NCBI GenBank assembly: GCA_964479955.1
Contig: CAYZNK010000003.1
Coordinates: 66,329 to 130,328 of the forward strand
Direction: 5' to 3'
DNA: 64,000 nucleotides
Source of the DNA: an uncultured Candidatus Saccharibacteria bacterium
GTDB taxonomy: Bacteria; Patescibacteriota; Minisyncoccia; Minisyncoccales; Staskawiczbacteraceae
Below, one piece after another: positions 32,577 to 41,553 of this stretch (positions are counted from its first letter, which is position 1; each line of letters starts with the position of its first letter). Made by a program: the position numbers and the translations under genes. The notes beneath the pieces are model-generated. The model was not told the origin of the DNA and made no database searches. It saw only the letters and a list, made by a program, of their open reading frames with translations.

Positions 32577-33101
32577 TTAGAATGGTATATCTTTTACATC
32601 TATTTCTTCTGCTGAGTTATCTTCAAAAGAAACTCCTTTTGAGCTGTTTTCATCCTCTGGCGCTGGCGGGTAATCTTCTTGTATTATTGGAATTTCCTGA
32701 TTGGAAGCAAAGTGTGCTGTATCTGGTTCTGGGGAGGAAAATGGCTTGCTATAATTTGAACTTCCTGAGCCAGAATTTTTTGGGCCAAGTTGGAGGTTTT
32801 CTGCAATAACTTCTGTTCTGTATTGCTTTATTCCTTGATTGTTAACCCAATTTCTTGTTTTTATCCTTCCTTCTATTAAAACCAAAGACCCTTTATTTAA
32901 ATATCTTGAGCTTATGTCAGCCAGCTTTCCAAAACAGACAATATTGTGGAATTCGGTTTCCTGCTTTTTTTCACCTGTTCCGGATGTGTAGAACCTATTT
33001 GTTGCCAATCCAAAACTTGTTACTTGTTGTCCTGACGGCAAAGACCTTACTTCGGGGTCGCGGGTTACATTTCCTAAAACAAAGATTTTATTAAAATTCA
33101 T
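32577..33101 (-). CDS. ssb: single-stranded DNA-binding protein
   Basis: It has an OB-fold N-terminus (MNFNKIFVLGNVTRDPEVR...TEFHNIVCFGKLA) and an acidic tail ending DIPF. Confidence 0.9.
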   Translation of the reverse strand: MNFNKIFVLGNVTRDPEVRSLPSGQQVTSFGLATNRFYTSGTGEKKQETEFHNIVCFGKLADISSRYLNKGSLVLIEGRIKTRNWVNNQGIKQYRTEVIAENLQLGPKNSGSGSSNYSKPFSSPEPDTAHFASNQEIPIIQEDYPPAPEDENSSKGVSFEDNSAEEIDVKDIPF

Positions 33102-33132
33102 AGCTCTTTAAATTTTAGTTAATTATTTAAGA

Positions 33133-33591
33133 TTATTCTCCTAAAATTTCGTCTAATTTTTGTTCTATGTCTTTTAATTCAACTTTCTTTGAAGGAATAG
33201 GGGCTTCTTCAGCTACATTTTTTTCTTGCATATTGTTCTCCGCCGGAATTTCTTTACCGGGTTCAATAACCCTATTTTTTTTGCCCCTGATTTTCCCTAT
33301 TTTAACAGGATTTTTTATTATAATCATATGGCGATTTATCTTTCCGTCTTTATTCAGGGTTTCTTTTAGCTCTAAAAGATGTTCTGTTTCCAGTTGAAAT
33401 TCTAAAGTCCCGATAAAGCCTGACATATGCTTTTTTATCGGGTAGGATAGAGTTTTTGCAATAGGAATTGACCTATTCAAAACAGAGCCCTCTTTTTTGG
33501 AAATAAAATCTTCCATTTCTCTTGAAAAAGCCTCCGCTTCTTCTGAGGTTATCTCGGGAGAAATTATATAAGTTAATTCGTATGTCTTCAT
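33133..33591 (-). CDS. rpsF: 30S ribosomal protein S6 with C-terminal extension
   Basis: The N-terminus MKTYELTYIISPEI is typical of S6, and the gene sits in the canonical rpsF-ssb-rpsR order. The start is moved to 33591. Confidence 0.85.
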   Translation of the reverse strand: MKTYELTYIISPEITSEEAEAFSREMEDFISKKEGSVLNRSIPIAKTLSYPIKKHMSGFIGTLEFQLETEHLLELKETLNKDGKINRHMIIIKNPVKIGKIRGKKNRVIEPGKEIPAENNMQEKNVAEEAPIPSKKVELKDIEQKLDEILGE

Positions 33592-33764
33592 TTTTTTTTG
33601 AATATGAAGTCCTGGCATATTTTAACACCAAGGCGTCTGAATGCTTTTTGTGGGCAGCCAGTCGCATGGAAAATCATACTCTATTAAGTTTGGTATTATT
33701 ATATCAGTTTATGGTAAAAAATCAAGTATTTATTTATTTTTAGGTTTCTGTATAATAAAAGCAT

Positions 33765-35120
33765 ATGAAGATAAACTCGGCAATTTTTAAGTCTTACGAT
33801 ATTAGGGGGATTTACCCTTCTGAAATAAACGAGCAGGCGGCTTTTGGTATAGGCAAGGCTTTTGGGAAACATACTAAGGCAAAAAATATGGTTATATGTC
33901 ATGATGCCCGTATTTCATGCCCTGAGCTCAAAAAAGGCTTTTTGGAAGGGTTTTCCTTGGAGTCCGCAAAAATATACGATATAGGCCAGCTCCCCACAGA
34001 ATGCCTTTATTTCGCTGTAGGATTTTACGATTTTTCAGCAGGGATTATGACAACCGCCAGCCATAATCCAAAAGAATACAATGGTTTTAAAATGATTAAA
34101 AAGTCAGAAAATGGCAGCATAGAGATTATAAGGGGAAAAGATTTATTGCCCGTTGTTGAGAATGAAAATTTAGAGAAAGCAGAAACCGCACAGGATAAAA
34201 ATATTGATGTCATTAAAAAAGATATTTTAAAAGATTATATTAATCATATTTTATCTTTTATTGACCTTAGCGAAATCTCTCCCCTAAAAGTTGTTATTGA
34301 CGCTTCAAATGGGGTTGCAGGAAAAATAATTTCAGAAATTAAAGACAAACTCCCCATTGAGATAATTGAGCTTAATTTTGAGCCTGACGGAAACTTTCCA
34401 AATCATTCTCCTAACCCTTTGGCTCAGGGTTCTTCAGAGCAAATAAGCAAGGCAATAAAAGAGCAAAAAGCCGACTTTGGCTTGATTTTTGACGGAGACG
34501 CAGACAGGGTTTTTCTTGCAGATGAAAACGGAGATATGGTAAAGGCAGATGTTACTCTATTGATGCTGGCAAGATATTTTTTGCATAATAATTCGGGGTC
34601 TGCCGTGGCTTATAACGCCATATGTTCAAAGGCTGTTCCGGAGTTTATTGAAAAATGGTCAGGAAAGCCGATAAGAACGCAGGTGGGGTTTGTGAATGTA
34701 AGAAACGGAATGTTGGAAAATAACGGCATAATGGGGGGAGAGCTTTCCGGGCATTATTGTTTTCGCGATAATTTTTATCTTGATTCAGGCATGATTGCAA
34801 TGCTTGTTTTGTTGCAGGTAATATCTAATGACACAAGAAAAGTTTCAGAGATTGTTAAAGAGTTATCTCCTTACGCAAAATCAGCTGAAATTAATTTTGA
34901 GGTTGAAAATAAAGACAATATTTTGGAGAAAATAAGGCAAAAATATGCAGATGCCAAGCAGGATTTTTTGGACGGGATAACAGCAGAGTACAAAGACTGG
35001 TGGTTTAATGTAAGACCTTCAAACACAGAACCGTTTTTAAGGCTTACAGTTGAGGCAGACACAGAAGAGCTTTTGCAGGAAAAACAAAAAGAATTAGCAT
35101 TATTTATTGAAAATATATAA
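33765..35120 (+). CDS. phosphomannomutase/phosphoglucomutase
   Basis: It has FKSYDIRG, the active-site loop TASHNPKEYNGFK, the metal-binding FDGDADR and GGELSGH. Confidence 0.85.
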   Translation: MKINSAIFKSYDIRGIYPSEINEQAAFGIGKAFGKHTKAKNMVICHDARISCPELKKGFLEGFSLESAKIYDIGQLPTECLYFAVGFYDFSAGIMTTASHNPKEYNGFKMIKKSENGSIEIIRGKDLLPVVENENLEKAETAQDKNIDVIKKDILKDYINHILSFIDLSEISPLKVVIDASNGVAGKIISEIKDKLPIEIIELNFEPDGNFPNHSPNPLAQGSSEQISKAIKEQKADFGLIFDGDADRVFLADENGDMVKADVTLLMLARYFLHNNSGSAVAYNAICSKAVPEFIEKWSGKPIRTQVGFVNVRNGMLENNGIMGGELSGHYCFRDNFYLDSGMIAMLVLLQVISNDTRKVSEIVKELSPYAKSAEINFEVENKDNILEKIRQKYADAKQDFLDGITAEYKDWWFNVRPSNTEPFLRLTVEADTEELLQEKQKELALFIENI

Positions 35121-35204
35121 TAAATATAATAAATCTACAACACAGCTTTGTATGAGGCTGTTTTTTGTTCTATGAGTGATATAAAACTCTGGTTCAGTAA
35201 GAAA

Positions 35205-35247
35205 ACAAAAAACCCGATTAGCGTTTGGCTATTCGGGTTCTTTTTTT
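35205..35247. terminator. bidirectional terminator between PMM/PGM and trpS
   Basis: AACCCGA (35211-35217) pairs with TCGGGTT (35233-35239). It is flanked by an A tract and a T tract. Confidence 0.55.
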
Positions 35248-35266
35248 AAGTTAAAAACGTGAAATT

Positions 35267-36247
35267 TTAATTGAGGCCCATTTTTTCTTTGGCTTCCTGC
35301 ATTGTTTCCTTTGCTATTATTTCAGCCCGTGATTTTCCGCTTTTTAAAATTTCGTCAACATAAACTTCTCTTGTCTGGAGCTCTTTTTGTTTTCTGCGGA
35401 AAGGCTCCAAATAATTTATAACAAGTTCAGCCAAAGATTTTTTAAATTCTCCGTATCCTTTTCCCTTAAATTCTTTTTCAATTTCCTTTGTGGATTTTTT
35501 GGTTATCAAGCTGTAAATTGTAAGCAAGTTTGAGATGCCCGGCTTTTTAGTTATATTGTAAATTATGTCTTTGCCAGAGTCTGTTTCAGCTGACATAATT
35601 TTTTTCTGTATTGCCTCTGGCTCGTCAAAAAGAGAGACGTAGCTTTTTGGGTCGTCTGACTTTGACATTTTCTTTTTTGGGTTTGTCAAAGACATTATTC
35701 TTGCCCCGGATTCTGGTAAAATAACTTTTGGTTCAGGAAATAGTTCCCCGAATTTTTGGTTAAATTTTCTTGCAATTGTCCTTGCCAATTCAACATGCTG
35801 AGTTTGGTCTTCTCCAACCGGCACGCCCTGGGCCTTATACAAAAGTATGTCTGAAGCCATTAAAACAGGATAATTGAACAGTCCGGCGTTTATGTAGTCT
35901 TTGTGCTGTTTTGACTTTTCCTTGAACTGCGTCATTCTGTTTAATTCTCCCATTGGGGTAATAGAGCCCAAAAGCCAGGCAAGCTCTGCATGCTCTTTTA
36001 CCTGCGACTGCACAAAAATGATTGATTTGTCCGGGTTCACGCCGGCGGCCAGATAAATTGAAGCTGCCTCCAGTATGTTTTTTTTCATTTCTAAAGGCTC
36101 ATAGGGTGTTGTTATTGCATGCAAGTCAACAATGCAAAAAATACATTCATTTTTTTCCTGAAGCTCTATCCACTGCTTTAATGCTCCCAAATAATTTCCC
36201 AAATGTATGTTGCCCGTTGGCCTTATGCCTGAAAAAATTCTTGCCAT
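35267..36247 (-). CDS. trpS: tryptophanyl-tRNA synthetase
   Basis: It has the HIGH-type motif TGNIHLGNYLGA and the KMSKS motif (KKKMSKSD). The 326-aa size fits. Confidence 0.93.
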   Translation of the reverse strand: MARIFSGIRPTGNIHLGNYLGALKQWIELQEKNECIFCIVDLHAITTPYEPLEMKKNILEAASIYLAAGVNPDKSIIFVQSQVKEHAELAWLLGSITPMGELNRMTQFKEKSKQHKDYINAGLFNYPVLMASDILLYKAQGVPVGEDQTQHVELARTIARKFNQKFGELFPEPKVILPESGARIMSLTNPKKKMSKSDDPKSYVSLFDEPEAIQKKIMSAETDSGKDIIYNITKKPGISNLLTIYSLITKKSTKEIEKEFKGKGYGEFKKSLAELVINYLEPFRRKQKELQTREVYVDEILKSGKSRAEIIAKETMQEAKEKMGLN

Positions 36248-36310
36248 AGTCTTTTTATATTATTTTATCATTTTTATAAAAAAATTACAGATAAAAATAA
36301 TGGAGTTATT

Positions 36311-38065
36311 TTATACTTCAATTATTACGGGCAAAACCATTGGCCTTCTGGATGTTTTTGACCCCAAAAAGTCTCCGACTTTGTTCCTGACCTCGTCTTT
36401 TATATATGTCCAGTTTACAGCCCCGTCTTTTACGGCTGTTTTATTTATAATTTCAATCACTTTTTTGCGCGTTTGTGAAAGCAAATCTTTTGATTCCCTT
36501 AAATAAACAAATCCGCGCGATATTATGTCCGGGGAGCCCTTGACTTGGCCTGTTCTTTTATCAACTATTGCAACAATTACAAACATTCCGTCTGCGGCCA
36601 ACATTTGCCTGTCTCTTAAAACAATTTCTCCAACATCTCCAACCCCAAGACCGTCAACAAAAATATGATTTGAGGGGACTTTTTCTTTTAGAATTTCTCC
36701 GCCCATGTTGGTAAATTTTATAATAGAGCCGTTATCTGGCACAAAAATTCTATTTTTGGGAAAACCCATTTGCCAAGCGATTTTAGCGGCTTCTTTAAGA
36801 AAATAATGATTGGCATAAACAGGAATAAAATATGTTGGCTTTACGCTTTTTAGCATGTGTTTTATTCCCTCTATATTGCTATGCCCTGAAGCGTGCACAT
36901 CAATTATTTCTGAATGGTAAACATTATCAGAAAGCCTGTATAAATTATCCTTAAGCCTTTGGACAGTCCTTTCGTTTCCGGGAATTACAGAAGATGAAAA
37001 GATAACAGTATCTTCTTTTTTGATTTTTATATGCTTGTGGTTTCCCGCAACAATTCTGGAAAGGGCCGCCATTTCTTCTCCTTGCGCTCCTGTGCAGATT
37101 ATAACCACTTTGTTATCGGGATATGTTTGAGTTTTGTCCGTTGGAACTATCACCCCTTTTGGGATTTTTATATACCCTAACTTTTGGGCAATTTCAATAT
37201 TCAGTTTCATTGAAAACCCGTCCAGAGCAACTTTTCTATTTGTTTTTGAAGCAAACTCCAGTATTTGTTTTATTCTTTCAATTTGTGAAGAAAATGTTGC
37301 GATAATTGTTCTTCCCGGGGCATTTGCAATAAGATTGTAAAGATTGTTTAACATTTCTTCTTCTGTGACAGGGATTTTGGCGTTTGTTGAGCCCAGTGAT
37401 TCTAACATTAAAATTGTTGGCCTTTTTATTTTTGAAAGATGGGTGTAATCTATTACTTTTCTGCCAATGGGGCTTTTTTCAATTGTCCAGTCTCCCGGGT
37501 GGATTATTGTTGCAACAGGAGTTTCTAAGATTACGCCAACAGCGTCCATTATGGCATGGTCAACCTGGAAAAATTTCAATGTAAACCCGCCAAGCGAAAT
37601 CTTTTGGTTTAAATCCTTTATGTAATTGGTTTTCAGCTTTTTGGTCTCTCCTCTGTATAAATCTTCAACTCTGTGTTTTACCATTTCTATTGTCAAAGGC
37701 CTGCCGATTATTTGCGGATAGTTAAGTTTTTTTAACAATATGGGGGCTGCTCCAATATGGTCCAAATGCCCGTGGGAAAATATTACTCCGCGGATATTTT
37801 TTTCTTTGCCTTTTAAATATTCAACGTTTGGAATAACATAGTCAATTCCGGGCATGTCTTCTTCCGGAAACTGCAACCCCATATCCAAAATCACAATATC
37901 ATTTCCATATTCAAAACAGGTCATATTCCTTCCAACCTCTTCACATCCGCCAAGCGGGATTATTTTCAGGTTCTTTTTTTGGGGAACCCTTATCCGGTTG
38001 AACGTTTTTTCTTGCGGCAAAACTTCAGTTTCTCCGGATTTAACCGGATTTATTTTATTTTCCAT
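36311..38065 (-). CDS. rnj: ribonuclease J
   Basis: It has the metallo-beta-lactamase motif SHGHLDHIG, a beta-CASP region and a C-terminal domain. The 584-aa size fits. Confidence 0.88.
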   Translation of the reverse strand: MENKINPVKSGETEVLPQEKTFNRIRVPQKKNLKIIPLGGCEEVGRNMTCFEYGNDIVILDMGLQFPEEDMPGIDYVIPNVEYLKGKEKNIRGVIFSHGHLDHIGAAPILLKKLNYPQIIGRPLTIEMVKHRVEDLYRGETKKLKTNYIKDLNQKISLGGFTLKFFQVDHAIMDAVGVILETPVATIIHPGDWTIEKSPIGRKVIDYTHLSKIKRPTILMLESLGSTNAKIPVTEEEMLNNLYNLIANAPGRTIIATFSSQIERIKQILEFASKTNRKVALDGFSMKLNIEIAQKLGYIKIPKGVIVPTDKTQTYPDNKVVIICTGAQGEEMAALSRIVAGNHKHIKIKKEDTVIFSSSVIPGNERTVQRLKDNLYRLSDNVYHSEIIDVHASGHSNIEGIKHMLKSVKPTYFIPVYANHYFLKEAAKIAWQMGFPKNRIFVPDNGSIIKFTNMGGEILKEKVPSNHIFVDGLGVGDVGEIVLRDRQMLAADGMFVIVAIVDKRTGQVKGSPDIISRGFVYLRESKDLLSQTRKKVIEIINKTAVKDGAVNWTYIKDEVRNKVGDFLGSKTSRRPMVLPVIIEV

Positions 38066-38080
38066 AAATTTGTTTGATTA

Positions 38081-38104
38081 TTTACGTAATTTTTTACGTA
38101 ATTT
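38081..38104. promoter_or_regulatory. tandem TTTACGTAATTT x2 upstream of rnj (candidate operator)
   Basis: A perfect 12-mer is repeated head to tail, and each copy contains the palindrome TTACGTAA. It lies 16-39 nt upstream of the rnj start codon on the minus strand. Confidence 0.35.
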
Positions 38105-38159
38105 AATTATATTATTGTCCGCATAGCATATTTAGGCATGCGGCTTGAGAATTTATTTG

Positions 38160-38241
38160 TGCCGCGGGAGGGAGTTGAACCCTCAAGCCTTGCGGCATAC
38201 GCTCCTGAAGCGTACGTGTTTGCCAATTTCACCACCGCGGC
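38160..38241 (-). tRNA. tRNA-Leu (anticodon CAG)
   Basis: The reverse complement folds as a class II tRNA. The acceptor is GCCGCGG/CCGCGGC and the anticodon stem is TACGC/GCGTA with loop TTCAGGA. It has a long variable arm (GCC-GCAA-GGC) and a T arm GAGGG-TTCAACT-CCCTC. No CCA is encoded. Confidence 0.85.
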
Positions 38242-38246
38242 ATTTT

Positions 38247-38831
38247 TTATCTTAAAAAACTTAAATCTTCTGGCAGGGATTTTAACGGCTCTTCAAAGCG
38301 GAGCTCCGGAGCATCTTTATAATTTTCATTTTTAATCCAGCCCTGTTCTGTATAATAATAGCAGGCTCCCTGCATTTTCTCAAAAAAAGAATAATCGCTT
38401 TTACACTCTCCGGAAATCCAGTTTGCCATTTTTAACTCTTCTGATTTTGATGGATTTATTGTCACGTGGCCGTAGCCCGACGGAATTATAACAGAATCTC
38501 CTTTTTTAGCCATAACCGCATAAACATCTTCAACTGCCTCTTCTTTTAATTTCTGCATCAAGTAAATTGCTTCTCCCTCCAAAACAGTGTAAGTCTCCTG
38601 TGTACTCCCAATGTGAAAATGACCTTTTGTTTTGTTAAATTCTTTTCCTATCATTATTGCCGGAACAACCGTGATGTCATATCTTAATCCGTCTTTTTTC
38701 TCCAGACCCCTGTACATATAATAAATATCAAAATCACCTGCGTTTTCCAGCCATTTCTGGTCATATACAACGCTTTTTATGTCGCTTAATTTGCGAATAT
38801 CGGGAGTTAACTTTGAAAGGTCAAAATTCAT
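38247..38831 (-). CDS. cupin-type glucose-6-phosphate isomerase (archaeal-like cPGI), tentative
   Basis: It has cupin metal-binding motifs TKGHFH....QETY.VLEG and SGYGHVTINP. The 194-aa size fits. Confidence 0.5.
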   Translation of the reverse strand: MNFDLSKLTPDIRKLSDIKSVVYDQKWLENAGDFDIYYMYRGLEKKDGLRYDITVVPAIMIGKEFNKTKGHFHIGSTQETYTVLEGEAIYLMQKLKEEAVEDVYAVMAKKGDSVIIPSGYGHVTINPSKSEELKMANWISGECKSDYSFFEKMQGACYYYTEQGWIKNENYKDAPELRFEEPLKSLPEDLSFLR

Positions 38832-38847
38832 GTTATAAAATTTAAAT

Positions 38848-40839
38848 TTATTTAAGGATTCTTTTTGCGTTTATATACCAATTTTTTATATTTGAAAATC
38901 TTTTTGCGGGGTCAATTATTTTTGTTGTTTCAATTCCCTTTATCTTTTCTGAAACCCAATACATATAATTGGGATTGTACAAAAATAGGGCAGGTGCTGA
39001 AATCAATATTTTGTCTTGCAGAGTTTCGTATTTTTGCGCTTTTGCATCTTTATCCATTGATTCTCTGGCTTCTTTTAAAAGTTGGTCCGCATCTTTGTTC
39101 TGGAATTCAGAAAGATTTAATCCGGGATCTTTTATCTGCGAAGAATGCCAGAAGGGATATAAATCCGGTTCTGCTCCAAGCGCCTGGCCGTAAAGCAGGG
39201 CGTCATAATCCCTGTTTTTAATAATGTCTTTTAGTTCAGAAAGTTCCACTGCTTTTATTTGCGCAAAAACCCCAATTTCCGCCCAATAGCTTAATAAATT
39301 TTCACAAGCCTTTATTAGTTGAGGCTGGTTTATTGTTGTTATTGTAAAACTAAGCGGCACAGAATCATTTTGAGAAGAAAAACATAGTTCATTTAGTTTT
39401 TTTCTTGTTGAGGTTCCCACTTCTCCTGTTGGTTCCAGATCAGAAAGGTATTTTTCTTGGAAAGCTGTTACGGCTTTTTCTGTGCCAGAGCCGTATCTTC
39501 CGCTGACTTCATCTGCCAGCAAATTTTTAAAATTTTCATCCAGTTTTGCAAGACATCTTTGCAATTCAGCCACTTCGGTGCCAGACGACTTGCCTGACAA
39601 ATAATTTTTAAATTGAAAGGCGGCCGTTTTGCTTACAGGTTTTACCCTTTGCCCATTATTGTCAATTTTAAATCCTGATTTATCTAACAAAGCTTCTGCT
39701 GTTTGCTTGTCATACGCATACGAAACAGAAGGTTCTGAATATCCGTAGTATCCGGGCAGAATAGGTGAATTTACAATAAAAATATCCTCTTTTGTGCCGG
39801 TCTTTATATTGTCTACAAGCTCTTTTTTGTTAACAGCATAGTTTAGTGCTTGGGTTATATTAGTGTCAGAAAAAATGCTTTCGTCTTTGGCGTTGAAAAA
39901 AACGGCAAAATATCTTGGCAAAGAAAAAGAGTAGACATCAAATTTTTCAGAAGAAAGCCAGCTTTGTTTTTCTTTTTCCTCAAGGTATTGTATGTTGTCC
40001 AAAGAATCAATAGAGAATCCGTCAATTGTTTTTTGATTGGCGGCTTTTACTAAATCGTCTTCTCTTTCAAAAAAATAAAAAGATATTTTTGGTATGTATG
40101 GCTTTTTATCGTGATATTTTGGATTTGATTTTAAATCTATGCTCTTTATAAATCCCGTGCTTGTCTGACGTAAGTCAGACACCAAATAGGGGCCAGATCC
40201 AACCGGCTGAAGATTGTATGAAGAAAGCGCAAAATTTTCGGGCAGTATGTTTTTCCAGATATGTTTTGGGATTATTTTTACAGTGCAGTTTTCCAAAAAA
40301 GAGCTGTAGGGGGACATTAAAGACAAAATAAAAGAAAGGTCGGATTTCTTTTTTATTTCAACATCAAGCCAGTTTGCCCTTAAAGGGCTTTTGTAGTCTG
40401 AATTTTGAATTGTTTGTATTGTATAAACAACATCGTCTGCTGTAATTGGAACTCCGTCCTGCCAGTAAAGGTTATCTTTTAACTGAAATGTATATGTTTT
40501 TCCGTCTTCTGAAATCTGCCAGTTTTCTGCCAAGTCGGTTGCAAGGTTTCCGTCTTTGTCATAGGTCATCAAGCCAGAATAAATCAAATCAATCAATGTC
40601 CTGTCAACATCGTTTGTGTCTCCGTAAATGGGGTTTATAAACCTTGGCTGTCCAACAATGCCTTCAACATAACTGCCCCCAAAAGCAGGCGACAGCTTTG
40701 TTATATTTGCGTAAAAGTAAATTAAAAAATACAAAAAGGATATTAAAAACAGGGAAAGTAAAACCAAAAACCATTTTTTTTCAGTTTTTGATAATACTTT
40801 AAAAATTTGTTTCCACTGAGAAAACTTAGGAAATTTCAT
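38848..40839 (-). CDS. ABC transporter substrate-binding protein, family 5 (peptide/nickel type) with inserted peptidoglycan-binding-like domain
   Basis: It has an N-terminal TM anchor and SBP_bac_5-like regions (LMTYDKDGNLATDLAENWQISEDGKTYTFQLKDNLYWQDG). The insert GTEVAELQRCLAKL...GRYGSGTEKAVTAFQEKY...TGEVGTSTRKKLNELC resembles PG_binding_1. Confidence 0.7.
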   Translation of the reverse strand: MKFPKFSQWKQIFKVLSKTEKKWFLVLLSLFLISFLYFLIYFYANITKLSPAFGGSYVEGIVGQPRFINPIYGDTNDVDRTLIDLIYSGLMTYDKDGNLATDLAENWQISEDGKTYTFQLKDNLYWQDGVPITADDVVYTIQTIQNSDYKSPLRANWLDVEIKKKSDLSFILSLMSPYSSFLENCTVKIIPKHIWKNILPENFALSSYNLQPVGSGPYLVSDLRQTSTGFIKSIDLKSNPKYHDKKPYIPKISFYFFEREDDLVKAANQKTIDGFSIDSLDNIQYLEEKEKQSWLSSEKFDVYSFSLPRYFAVFFNAKDESIFSDTNITQALNYAVNKKELVDNIKTGTKEDIFIVNSPILPGYYGYSEPSVSYAYDKQTAEALLDKSGFKIDNNGQRVKPVSKTAAFQFKNYLSGKSSGTEVAELQRCLAKLDENFKNLLADEVSGRYGSGTEKAVTAFQEKYLSDLEPTGEVGTSTRKKLNELCFSSQNDSVPLSFTITTINQPQLIKACENLLSYWAEIGVFAQIKAVELSELKDIIKNRDYDALLYGQALGAEPDLYPFWHSSQIKDPGLNLSEFQNKDADQLLKEARESMDKDAKAQKYETLQDKILISAPALFLYNPNYMYWVSEKIKGIETTKIIDPAKRFSNIKNWYINAKRILK

Positions 40840-40868
40840 TTATATTTTTAGGCTTAGAGCCGGCAGTT

Positions 40869-41087
40869 TTAGCTTATTGCAATGTTTAATACTCCCAAAA
40901 CAAGAAAGGCGGCCGCAAAAGCAATTGTAAGATAATGAAGCTTTTTTTGGATTCCGCGCTTTGCAGAATAAACTTCACTGCTTCCGCCAAAACCAGCCCC
41001 AAGGGCTGTGCCTCTTTGCTGCAAAACTATAAGCGTGATTAAAACCACTGACACTAAAATTTGAGAATAAAATAATATGGTATTCAT
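40869..41087 (-). CDS. secG: preprotein translocase subunit SecG
   Basis: The 72-aa ORF has two TM helices and the central motif LLQQRGTALGAGFGGS. Confidence 0.75.
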   Translation of the reverse strand: MNTILFYSQILVSVVLITLIVLQQRGTALGAGFGGSSEVYSAKRGIQKKLHYLTIAFAAAFLVLGVLNIAIS

Positions 41088-41099
41088 TTTAAAATTATG

Positions 41100-41495
41100 C
41101 TAATCTTCTTCTTTTTTTACTAATATTTTATTGAGTATAATATTAAATATCCCTATAATCAATGTTGTGTACAGCAATGGTAATATTAAGGGTATTGACA
41201 CTTCGTCAAATATCAAATCCAAAAACCATAGCAGGCCCATATTTATCAGTATGTTGAACAATCCAAGGGTCACAATTCTTAATGGAAGCGTAATTGTTTT
41301 TAATATCGGGCCTATAAAATAATTAAGAAGCCCCAGCGTAATTGCCAAAACCAACAGCATTTGCCATTGGGCATTTATTGGAATCCCAAAAAAGCTTGAG
41401 TCGGCGTAAAAAGTCACAACAACTTTGTCAATAAAAGAAGACGCCAGCCAAAGCCCCAAATATGCAGCTGCAATTTGAGAGAGGATTTTTCTCAT
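41100..41495 (-). CDS. small 4-TM membrane protein, phage holin family IV-like (YvlD-type)
   Basis: The 131-aa ORF has four hydrophobic helices. The motif pattern is GLFNILINMGLLWFLDLIF. Confidence 0.5.
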   Translation of the reverse strand: MRKILSQIAAAYLGLWLASSFIDKVVVTFYADSSFFGIPINAQWQMLLVLAITLGLLNYFIGPILKTITLPLRIVTLGLFNILINMGLLWFLDLIFDEVSIPLILPLLYTTLIIGIFNIILNKILVKKEED

Positions 41496-41553
41496 CGTTT
41501 TAAGTATAGCAAATTATTTAGGCAAAAACAATAGTATTATGTTAAGTCGGCAA

